Shown here: piece by piece, positions 28,501 to 38,849 of the stretch
How positions within the stretch are numbered: position 1 is the first letter of the stretch
Layout: every line of letters starts with the position of its first letter
Origin: Chthoniobacteraceae bacterium
GTDB lineage: Bacteria; Verrucomicrobiota; Verrucomicrobiia; Chthoniobacterales; Chthoniobacteraceae
Direction of reading: 5' to 3'
Length of the DNA: 58,597 nt
NCBI GenBank assembly: GCA_031409335.1
Contig: JANNWY010000042.1
Coordinates: 1-58,597 of the forward strand
Made by a program: the position numbers and the translations under genes
Notes under the pieces: generated by a model
Databases searched by the model: none
What the model saw: only the letters and a program-made list of their open reading frames with translations
Told to the model about the DNA's origin: nothing

Positions 28501-29614
28501 GGAAGTCGCTGCCGTTGCCGCCCTGGAGGAGCGGGGTGTTTTTGACGAAGCGAAAGGTGGCGCCGTCGCGGGCGACTTCGATCACGGATATGTTCTGCTT
28601 TCCCCACTCGCTGAACAGGAGCTTGCCGCGATAGGGCTCGGGGAGGCCGTCGCTGAGGTAGCAGAGGCCGCCGGTGGGGGAGCCGCCGCCGAAGTCGGCC
28701 AATGCGGGCAGAAATGACCAATGACCAGTGACCAATGACCTCGGAGCGCGCTCTCTGCTTTGGTCATTGGTCATTGGACCCTGGTCATTTCCGAAATGCC
28801 GCTTCGCTGCTTCCAGCGTTTCCTTGCTTGGCTGCGTAACTCCGAAGTTCTCCGCCTTCTGATAGTCATACGGGTAGCCGTAGTAGCCGCCCTCGATGTG
28901 ATGCGTGAGGCGGGTCCACCAGCCGTTGCCGTCGTCGGTGTTGTCGAGGGTGAAGGCGTTGTCTTCGGCGTCGAGGCAGACGGCGAGGTGATTGCGGGTG
29001 CCGGTGGAGAAGATTTCGAGCGCGGTGCCGTCGGGGCGGAAGCGGATGATGCCGCCGCCTTGCATCGAGATGGTGCTGCCGTCTTTGACACTCCGCGTTT
29101 GAAAAGTGCCGCGGTCGCCGATGCTCATGTAAAAGAAGCCATCCATGCCGAGGGTGAAACCGCTGGCGCAATGGTCATTCAGGCCGGGGTAGGGCTGGTG
29201 GCCGAGATTGGTGATGAGGTCTTCGCGCATGTCGGCGATGCCATCGCGGTCGGTGTCCCGGAAGCGGGTGAGGAAGGGATCATGCGCGACGTAGAGCCAG
29301 CCGTCGTGCCAGGCGCTGCCGGCGGGGGAATAGATTTTGTCGGCGAAGACGGTGCGCTTCTTCTCCGCGCCCATGCTGGAGAAACGGACGACGTAACACT
29401 CGGGCCGCTCCGTGTTCAGCCGCGTGTCGCGCGGGTCGCAGCCGACGTAGAAGGAGCCATCCGGCGCGCCGACGACGGTGGTGGGGGCTTCAATGTCGGG
29501 GACGGTGCAGAGGGCTTCCAGCTTGAGCGCGGGGTCGAGGAGTTTGGGCGGGTCCATCGCGTGGAGTCGCGAGAGGCCGAGGAGGATTGCGATGAGGGTG
29601 AGGCGGGAAGGCAT
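25523..29614 (-). CDS. PVC-type membrane-bound dehydrogenase domain / HEAT repeat / PA14-like / c-type heme protein
   Basis: Beta-propeller ([22 protein letters not shown]); HEAT repeats; [12 protein letters not shown] domain; CATCH heme motif; GPDLS; SLMP.GL. Confidence 0.88.
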   Translation of the reverse strand: MPSRLTLIAILLGLSRLHAMDPPKLLDPALKLEALCTVPDIEAPTTVVGAPDGSFYVGCDPRDTRLNTERPECYVVRFSSMGAEKKRTVFADKIYSPAGSAWHDGWLYVAHDPFLTRFRDTDRDGIADMREDLITNLGHQPYPGLNDHCASGFTLGMDGFFYMSIGDRGTFQTRSVKDGSTISMQGGGIIRFRPDGTALEIFSTGTRNHLAVCLDAEDNAFTLDNTDDGNGWWTRLTHHIEGGYYGYPYDYQKAENFGVTQPSKETLEAAKRHFGNDQGPMTNDQSRERAPRSLVTGHWSFLPALADFGGGSPTGGLCYLSDGLPEPYRGKLLFSEWGKQNISVIEVARDGATFRFVKNTPLLQGGNGSDFRPMQLSVAADGSLLIADWQWGGWKGPKTVGTIWRLSWPEAQPAPRLKDERKATVEELLAALAHPDRDQRLRAQGVLAKTGIETTKKLGAKIVDLDAPLNARLHALNAFQALGRNLDLVTTHKEKEANQQNALIQETTNQWIQILLKASDDLFPSIGCASIRMFQKVPGFGSFGGGEGYTKNDSIIGEALLQKLNDWDASVRREAISACLHRPPWSEEEERISYILCERIRDTDRFVGFTALRVAPLLVRSLEVLLSDPDPLTRKMVWRQVSFSQPQAPGSNFTGDYVERIFLALANEQDKDLKIRAIAALGRIAYRHKEWDGHWWGTQPVKNLPEIPNVVWKGTPKALGALTAALADGDAAVRLVAAKAFTDFKVDKSAPAHVNFFESTCASLRERLKGETDPAIRRQLIESLGVQKDPQAMEVFRQIALDEKADADFRDTAIKAIVHFGGDDARKTIAQLPLDKLSPAARHTVIVAAGELRMLETAPMLMLFLVSGNVADQMAAINSLAQLGPKSGATDAFLTLLRPEIDVKVQTAAVEALGSFKDKRALPALLDFSKTKRARRETINAVAALMPDTQALSFLVDALREKGGGERRSALTALKKMRAEAWPMIEENLASGRIPPEFAQEIGMAFDSGVIAKWKVIGPFENVWEAVHPPEADLLRGLPLQRRAGQVEGPPSNPLAAGAASHVAESLALRYTNAEGKETGWNDVSASATEGRVDLGKIFKTSGMVCAYAFTEIESPEDADAKLLCGSDDQIAVWLNGKKLHDSGPGSRSLNADQDEVPIHFTKGRNALLVKIGNVGGGWEFAARIPGLDGGKFTPNQEPAPDAKQRAYALATKPDGTWQNPGNATRGEKLFHDPAAALGGLCATCHKVRGLGKEIGPDLSLVGSIYKRADLIVSILEPGKTIALGFEQSVIETNGGETFIGALRQETGEAFTLVGVDGQPHVINKADVKTHKPVAQSLMPTGLTLGLKPEDFADLVAFLETLK
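26428..26509. repeat. Palindromic REP-like element inside the coding frame
   Basis: 29-nt arms CGTGGCTGGCCGCTCCTGCGGCGAGCGGG / CCCGCTCGCCGCTGGAGCGGCAAGCCACG with 2 mismatches. Confidence 0.85.
28711..28791. repeat. Inverted heptamer tandem-repeat element (AATGACC)x4...(GGTCATT)x4 inside the coding frame
   Basis: Directly visible. 81 nt, translated as ..[26 protein letters not shown]. Confidence 0.9.
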
Positions 29615-29626
29615 CAGAGGTCAGAA

Positions 29627-29851
29627 TTGAACATCGAACGTCGAACGTCGAACGCAGAAAACGGTGCGAACGCTTTGCGCGCTGTGGCGGGCTTTCCGAT
29701 CCTTCGATGTTCGATGTTCGACGTTCAATGTTCGATGTTCAGCCCCGCGCAGCGGCGGTGGAATTTGGGAAGCGCATTCGGACCACCACGGCGCTTGCGG
29801 CGGGCTGAACGTCGAACGTCGAACATCGAACATCGAACATCGAACGTCGAA
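29627..29851. repeat. Three tracts of TCGAAC(A/G) heptamer repeats in alternating orientation
   Basis: Tracts at 29627-29654 (+), 29703-29741 (inverted) and 29805-29851 (+). Tracts 2 and 3 form a long hairpin. Confidence 0.9.
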
Positions 29852-29932
29852 AGAAGCGGAGTGCGCGCACTCTGTCATAAGCGCGCCTTCCCGTTGCCAC
29901 CCGCGCATTTTCCCGAATACGCTCCGGCCCAC

Positions 29933-30967
29933 ATGAAAGCCCTCGTCAAAGCGAAACCCGAACCCGGCCTCTGGCTGGAAGACCGGCCCGTCCCTAAGTG
30001 CGGCCTCAATGATGTGCTGATCCGCGTCGATCGCACCGGCATTTGCGGGACCGATCTGCACATTTACAAATGGGACGCGTGGGCGCAAAAGACGATTCCG
30101 GTGCCGATGGTCGTCGGGCATGAATTCGTCGGCGAAATCGTGGAGGTCGGCACGAATGTGAACGACTTTTTTCCCGGCGAAATCGTGAGCGGCGAGGGTC
30201 ACGTCGTCTGCGGGCGCTGCCGGAATTGCCTCGCGGGGCGGCGGCATCTTTGCGCGCACACGAGCGGGATCGGCGTGAACCGGCCCGGCGCTTTCGCGGA
30301 ATACATCGCGCTGCCAATGACGAATGTGTGGCATCACCGGCCCGGCATCGATCTCGATGTCGCGAGCATTTTCGATCCGCTGGGAAATGCGGTGCATACG
30401 GCGTTGTCATTCGATGTGCTCGGCGAGGATGTGCTCATCACCGGCGCGGGGCCGATCGGGCTGATGGCGGCGGCGGTGGTGCGGCACGCGGGGGCGCGCT
30501 TTGTCGTCATCACCGATGTGAATCAGCACCGGCTCGATATTGCGAAAACGATGGGAGTCGATGTGGCGCTCAACGTTTCAAAACGCTCGCTCGCCGACGT
30601 GCAAAAGGAACTCGGCATGGCCGAAGGCTTCGACGTGGGCCTCGAGATGAGCGGGAATGCGGCGGCGTTTCGCTCGATGATCGACGCGATGTGTCACGGC
30701 GGGAAAATCGCGATGCTCGGCATCCCGAGCGAGGAGATCGCGATTGATTGGAACAAGGTGGTTTTCAACATGCTCACGATCAAAGGCATCTACGGACGCG
30801 AGATGTATGAGACCTGGTACAAGATGACGGTGATGATCCAGAGCGGGCTGAACATCGCGCCGGTCATCACGCACCGCTTTGGCGCGGATGAATTTCAGCG
30901 CGGGTTTGACGCGATGAAATCGGGGGAAAGCGGGAAGGTGATTTTGGATTGGAAAGTATTCAGGTAG
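29933..30967 (+). CDS. tdh: L-threonine 3-dehydrogenase
   Basis: [63 protein letters not shown]. Confidence 0.97.
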   Translation: MKALVKAKPEPGLWLEDRPVPKCGLNDVLIRVDRTGICGTDLHIYKWDAWAQKTIPVPMVVGHEFVGEIVEVGTNVNDFFPGEIVSGEGHVVCGRCRNCLAGRRHLCAHTSGIGVNRPGAFAEYIALPMTNVWHHRPGIDLDVASIFDPLGNAVHTALSFDVLGEDVLITGAGPIGLMAAAVVRHAGARFVVITDVNQHRLDIAKTMGVDVALNVSKRSLADVQKELGMAEGFDVGLEMSGNAAAFRSMIDAMCHGGKIAMLGIPSEEIAIDWNKVVFNMLTIKGIYGREMYETWYKMTVMIQSGLNIAPVITHRFGADEFQRGFDAMKSGESGKVILDWKVFR

Positions 30968-30981
30968 CACGCGGACACGGA

Positions 30982-31130
30982 TTTCCGGGCAGCACACTCG
31001 TCCCGCCTTCGCGGACTTTCAGAACGTGTCTTCCCGGAATTCGTTCACGCACTTTCCAGCGATGCGTTATGGAAGTTCGTCTCCGCGGGACGCGAAGACC
31101 AACGCTCGGGACGAGCGTGCTACCCGGAAA
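30982..31130. repeat. REP-like inverted-repeat element between convergent genes
   Basis: 23-nt arms TTTCCGGGCAGCACACTCGTCCC / GGGACGAGCGTGCTACCCGGAAA with 2 mismatches; partial extra copy GGTAGCACGC at 30963. Confidence 0.8.
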
Positions 31131-31148
31131 CCCTAGCGCCGCGGCCAA

Positions 31149-33092
31149 TCAGGGCTTCGCTTCGAGCAGCTTCACTTCCTCGGGCCGCAGCCGTTTTGCG
31201 TCGATCGTTTCGCGCAGCGTTTTCGCGTCGTCTTTTTTTCCGACGGCATCGAGCACCGCGACGCGCACCGCTTTGAAACGATCCTGCGCCGTCGTCCAGT
31301 CGATCTGCCAGCCGTCGTAGATTTGCGCGGCGCCGGCGGGATTTCCCGAGCGCAATTCGTAGAGCGCGGCGGTCGTGCGATAGGCGAGCACGGCGCGGTT
31401 TTTTTCGAGCAAATCCCGCAGCCGCGCGCGCATCGATTCCGCCGGGCCTTCGGTGATGAGGCGCAGGTAAATCGCGTCGTTCACCGCCTCCGCCATGTCG
31501 GGAAATTCCTCCACCAATCCCTCGAACAACGGGAGCAGCTCCGCGGCGGGCGCGGTGCCGGGAGTGAGCCGGATCATGGCGGAATAACACGCGAATTTTT
31601 CCTCCTTCGAGAGGTCCATCTGGAATTTCGCACCGGGTCGCGCTTCATCGAGCAGTCGCCGGAAGATGAGCGCCGCCTGCCGGCCTTCACCGACTTTTTC
31701 CGCATACTGCGCGACGTACAGTTTGTTCTGCACCGTCTCGCCCGGCACCAGCAGATGGATGTCCCGCCAGGCTTCGCTCTTGTCGAATTTTTGCCCCAAC
31801 TCCGTCCGCGCGCGCATCGAAAAAACGGCGCGCAGGACCGCCGGCATCGCGGCGGCGGAACCCGCGGGGTTCTGCAATTTTTCCAGCACCGCATCCCATC
31901 GGCCGGTCGCGGCGAGCGCATCGAGATGGACGAGGAACCAGTCGCTGGAAACATCCAACTGCAATTCAGAAAGCTGGAGGCTCATCGCGGGTTTGTTGTG
32001 TTGATTCAGCCAGCGCGCCGCTGCCAGCCGCTCGGGCAGCGGGCCGTCGCGCCATTTCGCGAGGAAGTCGGAAAACGTTTGATCGCGATCCGCCGGGCGG
32101 GCGACGAGCAGCAGATCCCACGCGGCCACGCGCGGCTGCGGCGCGAGGGATGGATGGCGGGTCGCAGCCTCGACCCACGCCGTGACATCGCGCCCCGCGA
32201 GCAAAGCCGCCGCTGCCGGATCGCGCGCGAGCGAGACCAGCGACATCACGGCGCGCGCGCCGGAATCATCGGGTGCATTCATGAGACTGACGAGGATGTC
32301 GATCGCTTCGCCACGGAGCTTGCCGCGCTCCGCCGCGGAAGCCGCGTCCGCCCGCGTGAGCAGCATGGCGAACACCAGTTTCTCCTCGCCGCCAGCACTG
32401 GGGTCGGCGGCCGCATTTCGCCCGAGGTCGAGCGCCTGCGGCCATTTTCCCTCGACCGCCGCGAGTTGCGCTTCGAGCGAAATGACCAACGGCTTCTTGT
32501 TCCAGGCGTCGTCGCGGCGAAGTTCCGCCAGCCATTTTTTTGCAAACTCGATCCTGCCAAATGTGAACGCGAGCCGGCACGCGCGCGCCAGGTCCTCCGG
32601 CGTGGCCTCCGGCGTCGCGAGCAGGCTTTCATAAAGTGGCAGCGCGGCCGCCTCGCCGCGCGATTCGTGATAACGCGCCGCAGCCCGCATCGTGAGCGGC
32701 GTCGAGGGCGCGATGACAAATGCGCGGCGCAACAGCGCGAATTGTTCGGCGTAGTTGTTTGCCCGCCCGGCTTTCTCCGACTGGGCGACGAGCCTTCCCG
32801 CCCGCCAGAGTTTCACGCCCTTGTAAATCGCCTGCCCATTCCAGCCAAATCCGACCAGCAGCAGCACGGCGACCGCGACGATGATCCCCGTCCGCGATCG
32901 GAGCCACTGCACAAATCGCTGCCACCACCGCAACTCAACTTCCAACTCATAGTCGGAAGTCGCATCGGATGGAGTCGATGACGAAGGTTTGTTCACGGGA
33001 GCTTTGTTTTGAAATGGGAAACGCAGCCTGCGACCAAGCCAGCGGAGCACGCCAGCTTGTGTCAAAAGCACGTGGAATTCCAGTGGCTTCAT
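31149..33092 (-). CDS. Membrane-anchored TPR-like alpha-helical protein
   Basis: One N-terminal TM segment (IIVAVAVLLLVGFGW), then Ala/Leu-rich helical repeats. The start is uncertain. Confidence 0.7.
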   Translation of the reverse strand: MKPLEFHVLLTQAGVLRWLGRRLRFPFQNKAPVNKPSSSTPSDATSDYELEVELRWWQRFVQWLRSRTGIIVAVAVLLLVGFGWNGQAIYKGVKLWRAGRLVAQSEKAGRANNYAEQFALLRRAFVIAPSTPLTMRAAARYHESRGEAAALPLYESLLATPEATPEDLARACRLAFTFGRIEFAKKWLAELRRDDAWNKKPLVISLEAQLAAVEGKWPQALDLGRNAAADPSAGGEEKLVFAMLLTRADAASAAERGKLRGEAIDILVSLMNAPDDSGARAVMSLVSLARDPAAAALLAGRDVTAWVEAATRHPSLAPQPRVAAWDLLLVARPADRDQTFSDFLAKWRDGPLPERLAAARWLNQHNKPAMSLQLSELQLDVSSDWFLVHLDALAATGRWDAVLEKLQNPAGSAAAMPAVLRAVFSMRARTELGQKFDKSEAWRDIHLLVPGETVQNKLYVAQYAEKVGEGRQAALIFRRLLDEARPGAKFQMDLSKEEKFACYSAMIRLTPGTAPAAELLPLFEGLVEEFPDMAEAVNDAIYLRLITEGPAESMRARLRDLLEKNRAVLAYRTTAALYELRSGNPAGAAQIYDGWQIDWTTAQDRFKAVRVAVLDAVGKKDDAKTLRETIDAKRLRPEEVKLLEAKP

Positions 33093-33129
33093 TTCGTCAT
33101 CGCTCCGGTGCGGGCAGCCGCGGCGCGCG

Positions 33130-36100
33130 CTACGGCGCAGTGAGGCTCGCGACGTATTCGAGGATGTCGCGGATTTCGCGCTTCGTCAGCAGCTCGCCGA
33201 GATTTGGCAGCATCCCGCTCGGCGCATTTTCCCGCGATTTTATGTCGGCCTTTGCCAGTACCATCGGCGGCGCTTCGGGCGCGGGAGTCTGGAGCGTGAG
33301 CGCGGTTTCCGACTCGGATTTGACTGTGCCCACAAGCACGTCCCCGTTGTTTTTCGTAACCACCGCCATCTGGAATCCTTCGGCGATTTTAGCGTTCGGC
33401 GCGACCAGCGCTTCAAGGAGGTATTTGCGATCCTTCTTCGACGCAATGCCGGTGAGCACCGGCCCCGCTTCACCGCCAGAGCCATTCACGATGTGGCAGC
33501 GCAGACACGCGGCGATGGCGTGCTCTTTGAAAAGTCGTTCGCCGACCTCCTTGCTGCCGCCGACGAGCGTCGGGGCGAATGCGGCCAGCGGGTCGTCTTT
33601 CGGAAGGTTTGCGTTGTACGCGGCGAGCTTGTTTTTAACTTCCGGCGCGGTGCGTTTCGCCGCGGACTCGATCAACTCCAGTTGCACTTCGGCAGGGATT
33701 TTTCCGCCAGCGAGATCTTCGAGAAGTCCGGCAAGCGATTGATCGGCGACCGCGCTTTTGAGATCGGCGAGGGCGAGAATGACCGCCTTTTTTTCCGGCA
33801 GCGCCGCGTCGCCAAATGCCGCTCCCAGTTGCCGCGCGGCCTCGTCCGCGTCGAGCTTGCCGAGCAGCGAACTCGCCTCGACGCGGAGCGCGGGGTCCTT
33901 GTCCGCGACGGCGAGTTTGATGGCGTCGCCGAGCTTTGGATCGTCGAACGCCGCGAGCGTGATGAGCGCGGCGCGACGCACTTTCGGGGATGCGTCAGAG
34001 CGGGCCATCAGCGCGAGTAGCGCCGGGCTCATGTCACTCATCCCGAGCGACTGCGCCGCTTCGATCGCGGCGATGGCGACGGTCGCGGAATCCGCAGCGA
34101 TCAGTTTCTCGAAACTAGCGCCCAACGCTTTGATCGCCGGCTCCGCAGAACGTTCCGCGAGCGGACGGTAAAGCGCGGCGACACGATCGCGGGCAAACGG
34201 TTTCGGGAAAGTGGCGAGCAGCGCGAGGGCCTCGGCGCGGAGGCGTTCCGCATTCGTCCCATCGGTCGCATATGTCACAAGCGCGGCCGCATTCCCGGTG
34301 CGAAAATTGGCATTGATGACGCGCAGCATCAGCATCTCGTCGCCATTCTGATTCTCGATGAGTTTCGCGAGCGCCGGGAGCGCGCCAGCGATGCCTTCGT
34401 CGTTGATCGCACGCGCGGCTTCCTTCGCAATTCGCAGATCGTTGTCGGTGAGAAATTGCGAGATTTCCGGTCTCGCGAGGCGGCGCATGGCGAGCAAAGC
34501 AGCGAGCCTCACTTCGGCAGACGAATCCGTGGCGACCTGGGTGAGCGCACTTTCACCTGCCCTCGACGCGAGCAGCATCACTCCGGCGTGGCGCAGGAAT
34601 TCATCGGCACCGATTTGATCGCGGAGAAAACTCGTGACGGTTTCCGGCGGCAACGATTCCGCACGATTGGCGAGTGCCATCGCTGCCTGGAAACGCACCC
34701 GCGGCGCGGGGTCCGCGAGCTTCGCCGCCACCGCGCGCGTCGTGTCCGCAGAGAATGGCGCGGGCACTTCACCGACCACCTTCAAAAACTGCATGCACAC
34801 TTCCGCGTCGTCATCCTTCAAAAGCGTGGTCTCAAAATCACCAGGCGATCCGGTCGTTTGCTCCGGGTGGCTGCGCGCATATCTCCGCGCGGCGTCCCCG
34901 AGCGCCCACAGCGCGTGCAATCGCGAGAGCCGTTTTTCCGCGCCGTCCATCCCGTGCAACGCGATTCTTTTCAGCGCGGCGAGCGTGGCTTCGGTGCCCG
35001 CCTTTTCCGCGAGCGCCCACTGCGCATTCAGCCGCACGCGCTGATCGCCATGCGCCAGTAGTTTTCCGAGTTCCTCGATTCCGCGCTGGCGAAATCCCTC
35101 GCCGAGCAACCGCTTCACTTCCGCGATTTGCGCGGCCTGCTCCTTCTGCGCGGCGTTGTGCGCAAGGGTGAAAATGCGTCCGCCTTTCGTGCTCTCCCAA
35201 CCTTCGCCCCACTCGGAAAAATACATTTTTGAGTCCGGCCCGAAATCGACATCCGTCGCCTGCACGCTGCCGAGAAAAATCTCGGGCGCTTTTTCCACCG
35301 CGAAACCCGCGCCGCTCTCCTTCACGCTCAACGACGAGATCGCGCTGCGTGCGCTCGATCCCTTGAATCCGCAGACGAAGAACCGGCCCGCAAATTCAGC
35401 AGGCAGGCCCGTTCCGGGGTAATGCGCGACGCCGCTCGGACCGTCGGGAAGCAGGAGGATTGGCGAGAGCACATACGCCGGCGTCTCCGCCGCACGCGGT
35501 TCCCACAGCCGCTCCGCCAGCCACGGATTCCGCTCTTTTCCCAGCGGATGATGCTGCCAGACCACGCGCCAGCCGTAGTCGCCGCCCGGCACCAGATATT
35601 CCCAGCGCTCGCGGTCGCCCTGATCGCTATCGTTGTCGCCGGTGAAAAGATTTCCGTGATTGTCGAACGCGAGTTCCTGCGGATTGCGCAGGCCGCGGCA
35701 GAAAATTTCGAGCTGCGAGCCGTCGCGCTCGCAGCGAAAGACCCCGCCTTCATCGGGCAGCGCGAGCGTCTTTCCCTCCTTCGTCACGACATGCGCGCCA
35801 CGATCGCCGAGGGAAAAATACAGCCGCCCGTCCGGCCCGAGCGCGAGCCCGTGGAGATCGTGGCCGGTGAAGGAAAAGCGCACGCCGTAGCCGGAGCTGA
35901 GCACCTCACGTTTCTCCGCCTTGCCGTCGTTTGTGAGGCCGCTGAATGCCCACAGATTCGGCATGTTTGTACACCAAACTTTGCCATCGTGCGCAAGCAC
36001 GCCAGAATTGATGCCATCGAGCAGCGTCGTCATCCCGGCCGCATACACGCTCGCTTTGTCGGCTTTGCCGTCGCCGTCGCTGTCTTCGACGCGGCGGACG

Positions 36101-36531
36101 AGTTCCGTTTCGACGCCCAGCATTCCCCAGTCCCGCGGGAAATTCCGCTTGGTGGATGCGATGCGATCATCCGTCGTGCGGTTCGCGAGGTCGTCTTCCA
36201 ACATGAACATGTAGTGCCGGATATCGAGCGCGCTCGTCCGGTAGCGATAGGTCTCAGCCACATACACCACGCCTTTTTCATCGATCGTGAATGCGACAGG
36301 ATTTGCCAGCATCGGCTCGGCGGCAAAAAGCCCGAGCGCGAAACCCTCCGGCACCTGCATCTTTTTCATCTGCTTTGACCATGCGTCAGACGCCGGGGCG
36401 ACCTGCGGTTCGGCCACGCGCTCCGGCGGTTTCAAACCCGTGCGAACCGGCCCGGTGCTGGAAATTTCAGCGGAATGAGCGAACGAAACGGCGATGCACA
36501 CGGGGGCAAGGAACAAGGGAATTCGTGACAT
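33130..36531 (-). CDS. PVC-type dehydrogenase / HEAT / c-type heme protein
   Basis: FAAEPMLANPVAF; GPDGRLYFSLGD; GLRNPQEL; DNDSDQGD; HEAT repeats; CLRCH; SGM. Confidence 0.9.
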   Translation of the reverse strand: MSRIPLFLAPVCIAVSFAHSAEISSTGPVRTGLKPPERVAEPQVAPASDAWSKQMKKMQVPEGFALGLFAAEPMLANPVAFTIDEKGVVYVAETYRYRTSALDIRHYMFMLEDDLANRTTDDRIASTKRNFPRDWGMLGVETELVRRVEDSDGDGKADKASVYAAGMTTLLDGINSGVLAHDGKVWCTNMPNLWAFSGLTNDGKAEKREVLSSGYGVRFSFTGHDLHGLALGPDGRLYFSLGDRGAHVVTKEGKTLALPDEGGVFRCERDGSQLEIFCRGLRNPQELAFDNHGNLFTGDNDSDQGDRERWEYLVPGGDYGWRVVWQHHPLGKERNPWLAERLWEPRAAETPAYVLSPILLLPDGPSGVAHYPGTGLPAEFAGRFFVCGFKGSSARSAISSLSVKESGAGFAVEKAPEIFLGSVQATDVDFGPDSKMYFSEWGEGWESTKGGRIFTLAHNAAQKEQAAQIAEVKRLLGEGFRQRGIEELGKLLAHGDQRVRLNAQWALAEKAGTEATLAALKRIALHGMDGAEKRLSRLHALWALGDAARRYARSHPEQTTGSPGDFETTLLKDDDAEVCMQFLKVVGEVPAPFSADTTRAVAAKLADPAPRVRFQAAMALANRAESLPPETVTSFLRDQIGADEFLRHAGVMLLASRAGESALTQVATDSSAEVRLAALLAMRRLARPEISQFLTDNDLRIAKEAARAINDEGIAGALPALAKLIENQNGDEMLMLRVINANFRTGNAAALVTYATDGTNAERLRAEALALLATFPKPFARDRVAALYRPLAERSAEPAIKALGASFEKLIAADSATVAIAAIEAAQSLGMSDMSPALLALMARSDASPKVRRAALITLAAFDDPKLGDAIKLAVADKDPALRVEASSLLGKLDADEAARQLGAAFGDAALPEKKAVILALADLKSAVADQSLAGLLEDLAGGKIPAEVQLELIESAAKRTAPEVKNKLAAYNANLPKDDPLAAFAPTLVGGSKEVGERLFKEHAIAACLRCHIVNGSGGEAGPVLTGIASKKDRKYLLEALVAPNAKIAEGFQMAVVTKNNGDVLVGTVKSESETALTLQTPAPEAPPMVLAKADIKSRENAPSGMLPNLGELLTKREIRDILEYVASLTAP

Positions 36532-36638
36532 GGGCGCGCAAGATAAACGGCGGACCTCCCTAATCAAGATGCAGCGCATTGCGAAGAATCCGGGTTGAAC
36601 ATGCACCGCTTCATCATGTCAGATGCGTATCCGAAACC

Positions 36639-38165
36639 ATGAAAAGTATCCAACTGCTCAAACCTCTCTCCTTATCGATCGCCATTCTCCTCGCGGGATG
36701 GCCTTCTGCGCACGGCGCGGATGATCTCGAAAAGAAACCGCCGACGGTGACGGTCGATCCGACGCCGGTCGCACCGAAGCCGGGGATGGTGATGACGTTT
36801 GCACCGATCGTCGAGAAAGTGTCTCCGAGCGTGGTAACGATCTCGACTTCGCAAATGGTGAATCCCAGCGCGCGCCGGCAAAATCCGATGTTCAACGATC
36901 CGATGTTCCGGCGCTTCTTCGGCATTCCCGAGCCGGATGAAAACGAGGAAACGACCCCCGCGCCGAAGCGGAAGGACGCCAAGCCCGAGAAAATGCGCAA
37001 ACAACCGATGGGCCTCGGCTCCGGCGTCATCGTGAGCCCGGAGGGACATATTTTGACGAACAATCATGTCATCGCCGAAGCGTCCGAAATCCTCGTGAAG
37101 CTCGGCAAGAATGGCCGTGAATACAAAGCAACGATCATCGGCTCCGATCCGGAGTCCGATCTCGCGGTGCTGAAGATCGACGCCAAAGACCTGACTGCCG
37201 TGACCTTCACGGACAGCGACAAAGTGCGCGTCGGCGACGTGGTGCTCGCGGTTGGAAATCCGTTTGGCTTTACCCAATCCGTGACGATGGGAATCGTCAG
37301 CGCGCTGGGTCGTGGGATGAACGAACTGAATCTGAGCTTTCAAAGTTTCATCCAGACCGATGCCTCGATCAATCCCGGCAACTCGGGCGGCGCGCTGGTG
37401 GACACCGACGGACGCTTGATCGGGGTGAACACCGCGATTTACAGCCGCACCGGTGGCAATCAGGGAATCGGATTCGCCGTGCCCGGCAATATGGTCCGCA
37501 GCGTGATGGACAGCATCATCAAGAATGGACGCGTGATCCGCGGCTTCCTCGGTGTGTCGCTACAGGCATTGAGTGAAGAACTCGCAAAGGAATTTAAGAT
37601 CGAGGGAGACAGGGGTGCGCTCGTCAACGGCGTGACCGATGGCAGCCCGGCTCAGACGGCGGGAATGAAGGACGGCGACATCGTGGTCGCCGTCGATGGG
37701 AAGCAGGTGGAGGGCGTGGGTGAACTCATGCTGATGATCGGCGCGAAGCCACCGGGCACTGATGTAAATTTGAAGCTGCTGCGCGACGGGAAGGAGAAGG
37801 CGTTAAGCGTAAAGCTCGGCGAGCGGCCTGGAAAAATCGCGGTGACGAAGGCGGAGCCTGCTGACGAAGGCCCGGACGTGCTGGACGGAGTGACCGTGGC
37901 GGACATCGATGCCGAAGCCCGGAAGAAATACGAAATTCCCGACAACCTCAAAGGTGCCGTGGTCACACAGCTCGATCCCGATTCCGACTGCTTCGCAAAA
38001 GGCATCCGCGAGGGCGACGTGATCCACCAGATCAAGAAAGAGGAAGTCGCCAACTCGAAACAGGCAGTCGAGCTCAGCGAAAAAGTGAAGAAGGAAAAAT
38101 CCGTCTTGCTCCGTGTTTCCACCAAGGGGGCGAGCCGCTACGTGGTGGTCGTGCCGAAGGAGTAA
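36639..38165 (+). CDS. degP: Do/DegP-family serine endoprotease with two PDZ domains
   Basis: GSGVIV; TNNHVI; DLAVLK; QTDASINPGNSGGAL; two PDZ domains. Confidence 0.93.
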   Translation: MKSIQLLKPLSLSIAILLAGWPSAHGADDLEKKPPTVTVDPTPVAPKPGMVMTFAPIVEKVSPSVVTISTSQMVNPSARRQNPMFNDPMFRRFFGIPEPDENEETTPAPKRKDAKPEKMRKQPMGLGSGVIVSPEGHILTNNHVIAEASEILVKLGKNGREYKATIIGSDPESDLAVLKIDAKDLTAVTFTDSDKVRVGDVVLAVGNPFGFTQSVTMGIVSALGRGMNELNLSFQSFIQTDASINPGNSGGALVDTDGRLIGVNTAIYSRTGGNQGIGFAVPGNMVRSVMDSIIKNGRVIRGFLGVSLQALSEELAKEFKIEGDRGALVNGVTDGSPAQTAGMKDGDIVVAVDGKQVEGVGELMLMIGAKPPGTDVNLKLLRDGKEKALSVKLGERPGKIAVTKAEPADEGPDVLDGVTVADIDAEARKKYEIPDNLKGAVVTQLDPDSDCFAKGIREGDVIHQIKKEEVANSKQAVELSEKVKKEKSVLLRVSTKGASRYVVVVPKE

Positions 38166-38179
38166 CGCGGCTGCGCCGC

Positions 38180-38677
38180 TCAGTTGTAGAGGCTCTGGAG
38201 ATCGGGATCGACTTTCGCGTTGCGTGCCATCGCGGAGTTGATCTGGATCGCCTCGTCGATACAGCGCCGGGCCATCGAGAGATCGCCGAGGCGCGCTTCG
38301 TAGCACGCGAGATTGTAGTGGAGAATGCCCGTGCGCCGAATCCACGCTGGCGCGGCCTCGATCACCTCGATCGCGACATCCGCGGTCTTCGTGCGGCAGA
38401 GCGCGAATGCCCGCTGCACGGTGAATTCCTCGACCTCGGGAAAAGCCTCGACGCAGCGGATCGCGAGTTCCTCCGCGTCGGACCAATCGCGCCGGTGCAG
38501 GAGGACGCGCACCCGCGCGAGCAGCACGGCAGGATCGCTCTGCGAGACGAGCGGGACGGTATTCAGCTCGCCCATCGCCTCGTTGTGCATTCCCAGAAAA
38601 AGGTAGCCGTCCGCCGCATGCAAAGCGCGCTGGGCTTGCTGACTTTCGACGCGCGGTTGTTGAGCAAGATAAAGCAT
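38180..38677 (-). CDS. TPR-repeat protein
   Basis: ADGYLFLGM..EA; LHYNLACYEARLG...A; A..DPDL ending. Confidence 0.8.
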   Translation of the reverse strand: MLYLAQQPRVESQQAQRALHAADGYLFLGMHNEAMGELNTVPLVSQSDPAVLLARVRVLLHRRDWSDAEELAIRCVEAFPEVEEFTVQRAFALCRTKTADVAIEVIEAAPAWIRRTGILHYNLACYEARLGDLSMARRCIDEAIQINSAMARNAKVDPDLQSLYN

Positions 38678-38849
38678 GAAAGTGCGGCGAGGGAATAAAC
38701 GCTTCCACGTCCAGCACCTTCTGAGCCACCAGCTCCGCGCGCCCCTTCTCCACGGAAATGACCGTCAAAACCGCGCTCCGTCCGCCAGGGCTGCGAATCG
38801 CGCATCATTTTTGGGAACGACCTGGCGCAGCGATCCCCGCCTTTCGCCA

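Noticed and set aside
29627..29851. CRISPR array
   Set aside because: Units are 7-nt tandem repeats without unique spacers, and no cas genes are present.
28760..29932. Long N-terminal extension of tdh in the ORF track
   Set aside because: It is antisense to the heme-protein gene and runs through the repeats. Tdh similarity starts at ATG 29933.
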